Assembly: GCA_012295275.1 (NCBI GenBank)
Contig: CM022673.1
Coordinates: 22,258,001-22,322,000, forward strand
Reading direction: 5' to 3'
DNA length: 64,000 bases
Source of the DNA: Chrysomallon squamiferum
Lineage: Eukaryota; Animalia; Mollusca
This document shows positions 29,310-44,659 of this stretch, one piece after another. How positions within the stretch are numbered: position 1 is the first letter of the stretch; the number at the start of each line of letters is the position of its first letter. The notes beneath the pieces were generated by a model. That model was not told where the DNA came from. It saw only the letters and a program-made list of their open reading frames with translations, and did no database searches. The position numbers and the translations under genes were made by a program.

Positions 29310-30564
29310 TTCAAAATATACAAACAAATATTAACATATAAAAAAAATTAATTAAATAGTATCTAAATTAATATTTGAAGTACATTGATTCTGAAAAAAG
29401 ATTAAAAAAAAAAAAAAAAAAAAAGAAAGAAAGATTGAAAAAGATGTAAATAAATAAATAATAAATAATTAAAGTGTATTTTTGTTGTTTGGAAAGTTTC
29501 ATCCTGATTCATTCAAAGCAGCTTATTAAACAATGATGGAACATGCAACTTAAACGTTTAACAATATCTACGTACAAAAAACATTAGCTACTTTAGTATG
29601 AAAAAGGAAACTGTTAATTATTTTTCAGATAATGTATGACAGTGACCTGTAACTGTATAGCGTATTCCAGACTTGCAGACAAACAACATTTTACCGTATA
29701 TTTTGCCACGGTCTCTTCTTGTGTATAAGAACTTCACATATAGGACAGTAATTGCTCGTTTCAAGGTACCGCAAAATACAGGTCTTGCAAACTGAAAATA
29801 AATAAAACAAATCAAGCTAGTGTGTACATGCTCAGTTTGTTAGTTAAGGTAGTCAGTCGGTTTCAGAGTGTATCAATATCATTCCTTTATAAAAGCCAGC
29901 CATGCAATGATTGCCTTCAAAGAACTCTGATAAAAAGATACGGTCTGTGTGTTTGTGCGGAATGCAGCGTACTCACTGGAATACCGCAGAACTAGACATA
30001 TTTATTACTATGTAAAGAAGTTAGTCACATGATGAACAAACTACGTTACATTTTTTCGTTAGGTTAATGTCAATACTTTGACAAACAGCAGTGCGTTATA
30101 TGTTCAAATATCTTGTGCTTGTAATAAACACGTTCTTTTCAGAGTTGTGAACAAAGCTTTTATTATTACTTCTATGATATCTTAATACTTTAAAAAAAAA
30201 GTTATACATAATGATGATAGTAATTATGCATTAGTAAAAGTAACAGAAGAAGTTGCAATAGTAGTATTCTTGTTAACTGTACTTTGACATATTAAAGACT
30301 TGAAGATATTTTCTTATGAATCTTTGTCACAGTTTCATCTTTCTATGGATAAAATAAACCACAGGTGGTTTAATTGAATAGTACGAGCAATGGTTTTATA
30401 AATAAATAAATGAAAGTTTCCGAATATTTTTAAATATAAAAATGAAATAAATAAATAAATAAATAAATAAATAAAATACACAGAAAAATAAACAAATTAC
30501 CCTAAACAAAATTTTAATATAACAATTTCGTTTATATTTATTTATTTACTTATTCAGTTATTCG

Positions 30565-30611
<47 letters not shown>

Positions 30612-31570
30612 GGTTGGTTAATTAGTAACTTACTTTTTATTATCTTATTTTTATTTTTATTACGATATTGGAGTTAAAACAATAACATGATATAATTATT
30701 TCTTCTGTAAGCAATGTTGATGTTTGCATACCCTTACCACTTTGAATAATTTAAAATATCTACCAAAGTTTCACTAAAAATAGCTTGGTATTATTTATTA
30801 ATCCTTCAATTATATTTAAATAGTGAGTGGGAATTATTGTTCAAAATATCGATCGCTTTTTTCCGAATGATATATAAAATCAACAAGGCTGTAAGAAAAT
30901 GTAAACATTATTTGAAAATGTCTCAATATCTTAATGGAAAACGACGAAAGTTTTTGAACTTCAATTTACATGCTTTCGTTTCCAGTGACCCTTATCACGT
31001 GGGTTATCGTGCGCACTGATTAGCTAGCGCTGTTCTATTTCACTTTGTTTACACCGAAAAGATGACCGATATCATGTTCATTAAAGCCCGTTTGATCTCG
31101 CCGCAAGGGCGCGCTCTAATGTGGTTACACCTGACTTGAGTATTCTACGCGCCACCGTGTACAGAACCTGACCTGGTAATTTACAACACTCAGAGATGGG
31201 GGGGGGGTGATAGTTGAGATCACATTGTCATGTAAGTTGCCATCTATTGCTGTAACTAACAAATCATATTACAACACCGCGATCGTTTCAACTCTGTGTC
31301 GACTTAAAGCACAAAATCCTTTCCACCTAGAGCCAATTCACGATTGTAAAACGTAATTGTGTTTCAGACACACTTTAGAAAAGGAAATTGAAGTAGGCAC
31401 TTCAGCAGCAGACGCGTTAACAACAAATGTAACACTTACAGCATGAACAGTAATTATTATAAGATGGAGAAAAGTAAGTTATAACTGGTAGTCAATCACT
31501 GTCGTTACAGCCTGTTTGTGTGCATGTTGGGGGCGGACGGTATTCGTGTTTTTGTATATGTGAAGAATAA

Positions 31571-31651
<81 letters not shown>

Positions 31652-32145
31652 AGTAAAGCAAAACGGGATTAAAAGAAGCATACTAATATAGAATCCGAGA
31701 AAACCACCACGATAGAAACTGAGAGAGAGAGCGCCAGTAGGTGAGAACAGACAGATACATAAATCTGAGAGAATAACACAAATATGAAGTATGACATGTT
31801 TCCACAGCGCGAAGCCAAACTGCAATTTTTGTGGAGTCAGACTTCTTGATTTGAAGATAAACGTCAGACTTGGACGCGAGTTGAGAGTATTGAAAGTGAC
31901 TGGGCTGGCACACATTCAAACACATCTTTAACGCTTATTCTACATCTGCTGCCAAAATAAACCCACAGTTTGGCAAAGAAACAAGATTTTGTAACGTTCA
32001 ACGAACCGAAGTGGTTTGGACGCGCTAATATTCGAGATAGGGATGTGCTATCTTATCTCGAAAAAAGTGTTTCAACAAACATACAGCTGTGCATTATTTG
32101 TCACGTTAACAAGTCATCCGATTGAAACGAAATGATTTGTGTCTA

Positions 32146-32210
<65 letters not shown>

Positions 32211-35170
32211 AGGAATACAGAAACCCGCACAGAAAGTTAGTTTTAAATACAACAGAACGATAAAAACATGATACTAGTATAAATAAATGAGATATATGTA
32301 ACTGAAAACTTGCAAACACACACATTACTTACATTGTAATTTTTTCATATAGCGTCAGTTATTTCAAAACCATAATAAATAAACAAAAACACTTAGACAC
32401 GTTATATAAATATAGCTAATACAATTAAAGATTGTAAAATAGCACAATTTTAATCGTGGTAGACACATAAATGTTATAGATTTCCTTACAGGAAATACTA
32501 CTCTTGTAAATAAAAGCACGAATACATATTAATTATGTAGTGTGTATATACACACATACACACAGAATCACGCGCACACATGTATATATAAAAATTAAAA
32601 AACAAATATAACAAATACATTAGATGATGTCGTTTCTTTTAATTTAATTAATTACTGTACATTTAATTGCTTTATAAATAAAGAACTTATACTGCAGTAA
32701 TCACTGTTCGAGAGGGAAAAAGTAATCTGAGAAATACAATTTATAATTATTTATCATCACTTCTTTTTTTTTCTTTTTTTTTAGATCTGATTTTCCTTTA
32801 TTCTTCCGCAACCTATTCCTATTCTTTTTCGTCCTCTATTGCTATTTCTTCTTTACAAACAGAATTTGTACTCGAAATGGTATTATTTCTCACATTCTAA
32901 ACGTATCCCATTATGTCGACTTAACGGGATTGGCTGCATGTTTCCCCAGTGAAGTAAAACATCTTGGCGATCAGCAGCAACTCGTCAAACCTCTATCTCT
33001 TTTATTTGCTCATTACGAACCCAGACACCTCATAAGCAGAACCAGAGTAAACAGTTTGCCAGCGGTATGGTGATAGGAGATATGTCGAAAACATATGTGA
33101 AACCAATAAATCTCCATGGCCAATTTGAAAGTCGCGTGTCTTCAACGGATCAGTTTTACGAGCGGCGCTGAAGCCGCAAATAGGCTACAAAACAGGATGT
33201 TGGAATTTAGGCTCAGTCCGAGATTGTTTTACTTTTTATTATAAGCTTATATATAATAATTTAAAGGTTGCTTGGTTTATTTTCACGTTTGTATATGTGT
33301 GTCACGAAGCACACTGAAGAATCAATTAGGTAATCTGTGTTTCATTTCCTATCAACATAGTTATTATTATGATCATGTTTACTGTTATTATCATCATCAT
33401 CATTAAAAAATAATAAGATGGAATATATGAAATTACGTTTTATCTTCGGTAAAACATTGCGCTGTGACAGTTTAAAGAATCTACTCCTTATGGCACAGAC
33501 AACAAGAAGCAATAATATGGTATTTTCACCTAAGTCAAGAACCTAGTAGATATAACCAGTTAACACAACAAACTTCATATCAAAATTAAAAATCCTATAT
33601 AATATGTGAGTTTCATCTTTAGACTGTCTAAATATAAGAAAAACAAGGAAATTATGTCATGGTGTAGAAATGTGTGAAAAACAACGGTATTATGTCGAAA
33701 CCTTGACAACAAGGAGTACAAAAGGTAAACTGGAAACTCACGAATCATTTGCATAGAACCAAGATATTCCATATAAAACCTGAAATACATATATTAAACC
33801 AAAAATACATATGTAGAAATCAAGAAAACAGAAAACAATAAACTCGAACATAAAAAGTCTCCATATACTGTCGTTACGGAGAAGTAATGTCATCGAGAAA
33901 ACCTCTGTAGGGTTCTTGAAAGCGGACTCAAGACTGCTGGTTTCAATCGATGAAATCCCTCAAGGCAGTGGTTAAGTTGGCATCGATTTCTGAGTGTCAA
34001 ACTGACACAGTCCTAGTTAATATGGCCGTGCTGGGAATTCGTGCTAACGGTAATTTATAGTCAGTTCCAACGATTCTGTTTACCATTAATCAAATATGGC
34101 TTTTCTACGGTTATAGTCCATTTTAAAGTTAAATATTATGGATTTTTATGACCCGTTTATTTCTGCGACTATATTCAAGAGAATCACATAGAAAAGAAAT
34201 CCAGTATAATGAGACAGCCAAGGCCATTTATAGTCAGTTCTAACATTTCCAGTTACCATCAATCTATTAAGACTTTTCTATGACTATAGTCCATTTTAAA
34301 GTTAGCCGACTTTAAGGTTTTTGACCCGTTTTATTTTCACGATAATATTCAAGAAACCCAAGGATATTTCCTGGTCATTCTGACTGTTAACAGTTATTAG
34401 TTTTCGACATTTTCTCCTTTTTTTTTCTGAAATCTGTGTTCAGCCAATAAGATTTAAGTATTCTTTTCTCTATTTCAATGTGTATAGATCAAATTAGAAA
34501 GACAAAATAAGGACGAGTTCCAGAATGGCCGAGTCTGGCTAGCTCTGTGCGTTCTGCAACATTCTGATGAAATGTTTTCAGTCTGTTTATAAAATACGTT
34601 TATATTTCGCTAACATAAATCCAAAGAGAACCTACTGCTTCTTCAAAACTGGTCCCGGATTCATTACAGTCAAGTTCAACAACAAGTACGTATCATTTTA
34701 TAAATGTATTACTGCTACTGTTACACCAACAAGTATTAGGATATACATTCATACCATAAAGATGTAGTTTTAACTTTGTTGATCATTTCCTGACGACCAA
34801 TCCGTAATTTTCACCATTCTGAGATTACAGATAAAACAAACAAATAAATTCTGTCTTCATCAAATGATTAATCTTCTTTTAATATAATTAAAGTTTAATC
34901 ATTTTTCTCCCGTTGCTAATTGTTGTTTTAACTCCTGATGTTTTTAATTAACATGGCCAACATATCTCCCTCGCCAGTAACCAACGACAACACGTGATCT
35001 AATTAAGGAGCAATATATTTCATTTATAATGAGTTATGGCTTTCACCATTTTTTAATTCACATTTGCTTTTCTTTTTTCTTCTTCTTCTTTAAGAGCCAA
35101 AAATAAATTTGCAGATTTAACTATTCAGCTGCTCATTTTTTTATTTTTTTATTTCAGTTTATTTATTTAA

Positions 35171-35224
<54 letters not shown>

Positions 35225-37841
35225 GTTTTAAATTTATTCATTTATTAAGTTTATGTTTTTATTTCATTATTTTTTTTTTATTATTATAATAATACATATA
35301 TATTAAAGTGTTACGAATCCACGTATTTTAATTTGGACCACACTGAGAACGGCCGACTCACACTGAAGAACAGCAAAGAAGTATTAATTACCACAAAGAT
35401 ATGTGATCGTCTTTATCACGGAATTCACAACCTCACCTCCGACACCGCTCCGCCAGATAGCATCTTGTCTACATCACGGCGACCCGAGGGTGATCAATCA
35501 AGAGACAAGACCACAAAGAACCAACAACAACCCTGTCCAGGCTGATTGATGGTTTGTTGTGGCAGCGGCCTTTAAACGCCATGGTATAATGCGTTGATTA
35601 TTAAATGTCATTGAACAGACGCATCACAAACAACGGTAGCAGCGATCACAGGTAACAGCGACAGGGATAAGAAACATGGAGTCTGTGGAAGGATTAATTT
35701 TAGAATTAATTAAAGGCTTTAGTCTAAAAAAAAGAATAAAATATAAAAAGGTTAATTGAAGAAACAACCTCTATTCTTTTGTTAAACGTTCTAATTGCAT
35801 TTAACCGCATTTAATAGATTTGATAATGTCTCAATAACAGGTCAGTAAACTGCAGTGATAACAGTTCAATACATTTGGAAATGTTTTACTTCCTCAGATA
35901 TTATTTAGTGAACTTTAACTGCGATGATAACTTTTCAAGGTATTTGGAAACACTTCAAATGCACTAAAATTTTATTACTTTTGGCACCATCTTAATTGCT
36001 TTGATAACATTCCAATGCATTTAGAACCGTTTTACAATGATAACATTTCAGTGCATTTGGAAACGTTTTAATTGCTTTGATAACATTTCAATGCATTTGG
36101 AAATTTTATAATTGCGTAGATAGCATTTCAGTGGCTTTGAAGAGCTTTGACTGTTGTGATAACGGGTTAACTGCTGACATTTTCTTCTTTCCCCATTTAA
36201 ATGGATTTTAACACTGATTCGCTGATTCTCTATCAACTTACAGGACTAATCAATCTACGTAATGCTTTCTCGATAAATCTCTGTGATGTTGAAAAATACA
36301 TTACTGTTTTGTATAAATAAACTGATGGGAAATCACCATGGTATTTCTTAAGGTGTTAAATGTATTATTTAACAAACGTGTAAATATTAATAAATATTTC
36401 CTGTATTTCCATCATTATCATCATCATCATGTTACAGTTATTTATCAAAAATACTCTTTAATATTTGAATGTTTTTCTTTTAGCAAAAAGTGCTTTTAAG
36501 AACAGAACTATAACTGATATGTTTAAAGCAAGTTTAATAATGCATGGTTAAAAATCCATTTTAATGTAAAATGACATTTCACTACTGGAAGAATTTTCAG
36601 AGTAAGATGAAAAAACAAAAAAATAAAACAACAGTGTATATTTATTTACTTGTTATATTATGTCATCCGAGTTCTTACGAAGCTGTTTTGGTTCGTTAAA
36701 ATTAGGTTAAATAATTCAAATTGTTTTTATCTCCAACAGAAAACTAAGTAAACAACAAGGTAAATAACAAAGAAATTATAATATATAAAAAAATAAATAA
36801 GGGTCATTCCGTGTCAAATCATACCCCCCCAATTTCTTATTTTTTTAAACCCGACCCTCTCAGATTTTTGTGAAACTTATGGTATACTTTTTAAATGGGA
36901 TCCCACAACACCAAATCCGAAATTTTAGGCCAATCGGACCAGTGATAGGGAGATTTGGCTCCCCGAATTTTGAGATTTTCGGCCAAAATGGGCGTGACCA
37001 CCAACCGTTGAACCCTCATATCTGAGGAACTACTGGACCAATCTTCATAAAATTGGTACTGTTGAAAAGGCAATATGACAAGGATCCAAAACAAGGTTGG
37101 GGTACACTGACCTTTTGACCTTTCTTATGACCTTGATATTGACCTTGTGGATCACGTTACTTTAAGATATATTTGTATTCTAGTAGTAGTACTATTACTA
37201 CTACTGCCAATAATAATAATAATAATGATGATGTTGTTGATGATGATGAAGATGATAACAATAACAATAACAATAACAATAATAATAATAATCATAATGA
37301 TAATTAAAGCAATATTAATGCTACAAGTACTAGTAGAAAAGGTTGAAGTAGTCTCATAGATGTACAAGGTCAATTTCAAGGTCATATGGGTGCTTGCTGT
37401 GGGATCCCAGTCAACAAGTGTACCAAGTTTCATAAAAATCAGAGATGGTCAGGTTTAACCCATTGGGTGATTTGACATGGAATGACTCATAAATAGATGT
37501 AAATAATTTGGTGGACAGAAATGTAAGTTATGTTATATAATGACCTTTAAAAATAAAAAATATAAAATACAAAACAGACACCATACTGAATGTATTCAAA
37601 CTGAAATCAGTATAACAATATATCAGTACCGCTAACAAATAGATTTGATTACATTTGGTATCGGTATACTTTAAAAACAAAACCTGGAGGCTCATTCAGT
37701 TATACCACACCTGCTTTACCAGTAATTAACTGTCGCAGGTAAATTAAAACAAAATAACAAACCTGCAGCGCTAATTCTCAGATCGCAGTATTGATACATT
37801 CATTCATCTTCCTTCATAAAATACTTTCATTTCATTTCAAT

Positions 37842-37884
<43 letters not shown>

Positions 37885-40800
37885 TTTTTGTTTGTTTGTT
37901 TGTTTGTTTGTTTGTTTGTTTGTTTGTTTGTTTGTTTGTTCAAACACTAAGTGAAATACACCTACAATTATTTAAAATGATATGACATATATGAACCGTA
38001 TTACAGTGTATATGCGAGGACATACACATATACAAGAACATTTACAGGAATTACCACAAAAAAAATAAGAGTTAATACTTAACAATTCCGAAATAGTATA
38101 GTTAAAATATGTGCGTTCGTACGTGCATGTGCGTGCATGTGCGTGTAGGAATGTACATGTTTTTTCTTAAATTCATTTTCACTTTGAATTGTGTTTTGTG
38201 GTGACTGATAATAATAATAATAATAATAATAACAACAACAACTACTACAATAATAAAGAGTAATAACAGTAAATAAATAGCAACAGTAATTTAGAAACTC
38301 AACAATTATTTTAAAGTATTGTATTTCAAACATTGCATATTACGTAATATATTACCATAACGTGCATATTCAGCAGTAATACAATAAAATAAAAGTTACA
38401 TTTTAAACACAGCAGTATATGTGTTTATTCTGTTGTAAATAAATTCATTGTGACATATTGTACTTTAATACTATATCTGTAAGCTGAATAAATGAACGAA
38501 TATATTATACGAATTTGTATTTTATATTTAACATAACATTTTTACTGAATTTATTTTAAAAACAAAATAAAAGTAAAATAGTAAACCTGCTGTTTTTATT
38601 TAACAGAAATTTAATTAAATCTTGATTTTTCTTATAATGCAGCTGTATTGAAAATACTAAGCTTTATTATTTGGAAAAGAAATATTCCTATTTAATTTTT
38701 AACTTTTTTAAAATTAATATGTATCTGAAAACATTTTCTTGTATATATTTTTTTTAAACCACAGAGGCTTACTGACAGTTAAATGTACTTAAATCTGCTA
38801 CTGAAATATTTGTATTTAAATTAAGTATCCAATGACATTTAAAATAGGAATCTTATTGGAGCTGTTAGTCATTATGATATAAAACATACTACTGAAATTC
38901 CTAACATCTACTCAAACTATTTTTTCTTATTTTTTATGTAAAGAACGAAGAAAAATATTGATATTCAATATCTTATTTCTTAAAATTATAACGATATTCA
39001 ATTTGTTTAATTGGTATTCTTTAAGCAGCAACAGCAGCAACAACAACAATGATAATTACAGTTCTATACATACAACACTTTCGTTCTTTTACACTGGCAT
39101 ATTTAAAACGGAGAAACTGAAATGTACAGTATCCATTAAAAAAAAGAAAGAAGAAAGAATTAAGACGTAGCAGTCCTGAAAGTGATTTTTATTTACGTTT
39201 AAAAATTATGACTTTCCATATGGTGCTAGTTATTGTATTTAAACGAAAGTCCTTACTCCATGCTGACTTATTTATTTATTTAAATATCATGTATGTATGT
39301 ATGTATGTATGTATGTATGTGCGTATGTATGTATGTATGTATGTATGTATAAAATAATAATAATAAAAAAGAAAAGACTGACAAAAAAACAAAAACAAGC
39401 AATAACTGTATTTGTAGTAAACTATCGAAAAGAAACAAATAATTATACGATATTTAAAATGTATTATCGTATTAAAGTGACTAAACACTGTATTTAAATT
39501 AAATTATGTTAGACGAATGAAACACAACACTGATATATTCAAGTATCTAAGCAATATTTCTTATAACAACCATTCCACATTTATATTATGATTTTTAAAT
39601 ATTAATATTGTCGTACTATATACTGCCTAAATACTATTACCATCTGGATTCACAAATTTTATAAAATATTTTTAATTGTCGTTCTACGGAAGACTAACGT
39701 AAGTGAAAATAGAATGAAAAAAAAACGATCGTTCTCTACGTTTTTACTCACCTAGTTCAGTCGCATCACCTACGTTCACTACCGCTTAGTTTACACGCTC
39801 ATCAGACATTAATCTAGGTTTTCAGTAAACCAACGTTTTGCGCTCGTCTCATTAGACGGTGTCCCCCCCCCCATTAGTCAGAACTCCAATTTGTTAGATA
39901 GTTTGCGAGTCAGTGTAATTAGTTTGATTGGCTGGCCTCACTACTACTATAATGGGATAACCCAATGAGCTTGGTATTGATGGAAACTCTTGCACTGATT
40001 AAGGTGGGCTGAACTGAAGTGTTGACAACGAAATGTGGACTACAGTCACCGCCATCGCGACCTTATAGTGCTTTGCTCTAGACAATGTAAATTATTAAAT
40101 TATGCGTTATGTTATGCGGACTTTTAGTTCTGTTATTTTTTTTGGGCCGTGCCCATTATTCACATAGGTAACGAGCTAGAGGTTATCTGACTAATGGGGT
40201 GGAACCCATTAGACTGCACATTTGTAGTTCGGACGAGTAATTTTCAAATTGACACAATATGTTCGGTCTGCTGGACCGATTGTATATAAAGAAGGATTAT
40301 TCTACCGGCTTACGGCTAAAAAAAAAAAAAAAAAAAAAAAGCCTAGCGATAAAACGTTTAGTTTAAAACGTTTCGTTTAGATGTAGTTTTACAGTATTTG
40401 TTGGTATGTGCGATGTGTACGCATCTGTATGTGATGCATGTGCAAGTGTGGTGATTTCTAATTTAATAAGAACATTTATTTGCAGATGAACCTATTTTGA
40501 ACTGTATAGAAACTTGAAGTACACAAACATTAAAATAATAATAATAATTGAAAACGATGAAACTCTTACCTCTAAGAAACATATTCATTATATATATTTT
40601 TAACAGATGCAAAAAAAAAAAAAAAAAAAAAGAAACAAAATCGAATATGGCACCTCCTCGGATATCATCTGTCGATAACGTGCCCCGAGGAAGTAGTACG
40701 TGACCCCATGACCTCTCACGAGCGCCACCTCCCACTCGCTCGAGCAATTTGCACGCTGTACGTCGCACTGCTGCAGTGACCCAAGCATCGACTGATGATG

Positions 40801-41503
40801 ATAAACCGTTATTGATTTGTCTTTGGGCTCGATATTCCGCGAGCTAATCAACGTGATGGAGTGAAAGACAGCGGTGGCCTCGTGCCTCAACAAACAGCAT
40901 TTACAGCTCTAGGGTGGTGTATTCCTTGATTTAATTATATTTCCGTTTTGAAAACAACGCCAATAAAACGAACTTTTCAATTCACTGCTGGAGTTTGTCT
41001 ATAAACTTAGACGGTATCAAGTGAGAGAAATGAAACTGAATTTTTAATATTTCGTATTCTTGTCCCGAGCATTAGAATACATTTTGAAGACTTAGCCAGG
41101 AGCAAAACCTATATTAATTAAAGGATTATTTAAGGACAAACATGTTTTCCTGAAGTTGTTCTGGCTGTGCGTTTACTCCTTTCATTTAACTGAAGCTCCA
41201 GACCTTCAGTCTTAAATCTGAATGCTACATGCTTATCAATATTAATTTCTGTGAGGCCATCGAAACCTATTATGGCAACGACGCACTGGAGTTTTTTCTT
41301 CGCGATTTATCTTTTTTAGACACTGAATACCATGATCTTTCGATCCATAGTTCAAGCACTGCTAATTGGTTAATTGTAATAAAAGATTTATCGTTAAAAT
41401 GTCATCCTTTTTAAGATGAAGTGAAATTAGAACACTACGCGCAATAGTTCCGAGAATACAAGAATATAGATAAGAGGACCAAGATAAACGTGTGTTTGTA
41501 TGT

Positions 41504-41586
<83 letters not shown>

Positions 41587-43951
41587 AACGAAGCACTCCT
41601 CCTTGTAACGTAATTATCTCATGAAAAACGAACATCTGTCAAGTCTAACTCAGAACAAATTTAAATGAAGATTAACTCCAACATAAACCTCTATATACAG
41701 CTAATTATTATACAGATAAGAATATAATAGATTTTTTTAAAGTTATTTTTATTTATTTCCAGGATGTTGATGAATTATGATGAGTATGCGATCTCATAAC
41801 CTTTTTTCATGTATCTCTTCGACTTTTAAGCTGTCTCATAAATTATCTTAAATACTGAATCAGCACGTATTATTTGCATCGAAACTAAACTAACTCGCTC
41901 CACATGCGTCACTAGACATTTTCATCTTGTTTGTGAGTTATATTCGACCTTATCACGCAAACGCTCCAGACCTGTAAAAAGCTCAGCAACATATGCACAA
42001 GCACATACGACGGGAACCGTTCCCATAGTTTGTGAAACATGCCTCGGGTCGTGGAACAATCACCAATAGCATGTAACCAGAGAAACAGAAAGGTCACGGG
42101 GTCATATGTTGACTGGTAAAGCACATCTACCTGTTGCAAATGTCAAACAAAGGTTACTATTTAACAAGGGGGATATCTCAAAACTTACACTTGAAAGTGT
42201 TCAACTTTGGGGGTGGGCCACGCCTTATAACATAAACTAGCTAACAGTCGATACCACTGAGCTCTGCAGTCAGAAAGATTACAGAACACTGTAATTACAC
42301 ATTATGAAATTCAGTGTCTGCAAAGCTCCTGTTGAAGTTTTTGAAGTGCAGTCATTCACAACAGACAAAGAGATGTGATTTATGTAATAAATATTTAACA
42401 GAAATAACTGAATATAATAAGACCTGACTGCGGCATATGTTCTTCAACATGTTCAGATATATTTAATTATTTAACGCTATCTGTGGAGAAAGAAAAGACA
42501 GATAGACTACTGATGGAGGGAGGGAGGGAGGTATGGTTAACGGCACATGAGAACACTGACAGAAAAGTAAGCGGATGTATAAAGGTTCTCTTCGCTTGAA
42601 AACATTTCTGACAAGTTTTTTCTGAAGCAGTATTTATGTGACCACTTGCCACAGAGAAAAGTCATAAAACATTTTTACTACACTCGGTAAACTCCTCACT
42701 TCATATGTAATGAATTTCCTTCTTCTTTTTAATTTTAATTTTTTCTTTAAATCTCCCAAGCTGATTTCTTCCAAGATAACAAGAAATCATTGTTTGTTTT
42801 ATTTAAATTCTTACCTTTTTCCTCCAGTCTCCCTAATTGTTATTATTATTTTTCTTAAATAGGTTTTTTTTTAAAATATGGATGCTTTTTTCTCTCTTTC
42901 ACTCCATCCCCCGCCAACCCCCCAAAAATATCCGCACATACACTCATACATTATTTTCTTTCATAAAGCTCCCCTTTTTGATAATTTAATTTATATTTCT
43001 TTGAGGTTTTAAATTAAATATCTATGTACCTTTTCCCAATGACTGTTAAAAATAATAATTGATATTAGCGTTGACGTTATTGTTGTTTTTGTTGATAAAC
43101 AGTCGCATTTTCATTTCAGAAATAAACTACTACCTATTGATTAGCATCATAAAAACATCATCATTCATGACGTTCAGTGATTCCGCTGGAAGGCAAACTG
43201 GCTGTGAATTCGAAACCTCTGAAGCGTGACTGTACCACGGCGGGTCACTAACGTCTTCATTACTCTGCACTGCATTTATCATTTTTCACTTGTGTAGGCT
43301 GTGGTTACGGTTATATCAACCTATCTTTGCATTCCATCTGCATTAACCTTCAATTATTTGCTATGTGGCTCTGATTACGATTATCATATTCAAAAATAAT
43401 AATAACAATAATTTTAAAAAAAGTGGCGTTGGACATGTACTGAATTAAACTACTATTATAGGTTATTGATTTACGTAATAGCTATATTTATTACCTGGAA
43501 ATTCAGCATGAATTTTAAATATAATTCTGAAAATGTAACTGACTATTATTATAACCATTAGCTGCAAAACTCCAAAGAGAGAGAGAGAGAGAGAGAGAAT
43601 TATTTATAAACGCAGTTACAAATGTAAATGAAAGAGTTTGATGTGCACCTACAGTAAAACGTTTTATTGGAAATACCCTCCAACCGACTTAAGTTACGCA
43701 ACAGCGCTAGCAATAAACCCGAACGCAAATTCCTCTCGCGTTTTCTCATGAATATTTATATACAAATTAATAAAGGGATCCAGCTGTTGGAATTCCCTTG
43801 TTGACAGGTTTAATTATTTATGTCAAGCATCAAAGGTCATGGAAAATATTATATTATATAATACTGGGAATATGTTAGTATACACTATTAATATGTTTTA
43901 TCAGAACATTCAGCACATCATTAGTTTCTGCCTTATGTTGTCTTTGACTAT

Positions 43952-44046
<95 letters not shown>

Positions 44047-44628
44047 CCACTTATTTGCCTCAGCCGAAGACCATTACATATTCATTTATTATTTAATTCT
44101 TTCTCTCAAGTGTGTGCAGTGTATTACTTAGTAGCCTCATACACAAATCCCGTAGTCAACTGACAGGAAAATATTACAAATAAACAAACGTATAAGTTTT
44201 CAATAACAAAGAAAGTAAACAGAGACCCGCCTTTTTGCATACTTGTGGATGTAAACAAATATTTCTATTCATCGGTTTCATTTATTTAAGACTGACATTT
44301 TCCTATTTGTCGTTTATTTTAAAATATTCTATATCACTGCAGTCACTCCACGCTATATGTGTTTGTTCTGGCCTTGGTTGCAACAAACATCGCTAGCGAT
44401 TCTGAACCAAATACCCTAAATAGCTTCTAAAATTAGACATGAACAATACGTCGAGTTACCGCTGGGACAGTTATTATTATATAAAAAGCAGTTAATATTA
44501 TTGTTGTTATTGTAAACATTCAACTAAAGTTATTAATGCTTTTAGTGACTTTAGAATAATTAATTACCGTTATAACAGGTGTTTGTTTGATTAAATTTTT
44601 CACAGGCTAATGACAGGTGTACTTGTAA

Positions 44629-44659
<31 letters not shown>

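Noticed and set aside
30565-30612. (TTAG)n as an interstitial telomere
   Set aside because: Tetranucleotide repeat, not TTAGG or TTAGGG
42815-42832. 18-nt minus-strand microexon with an AAG|gtaaga donor
   Set aside because: Upstream acceptor has no polypyrimidine tract
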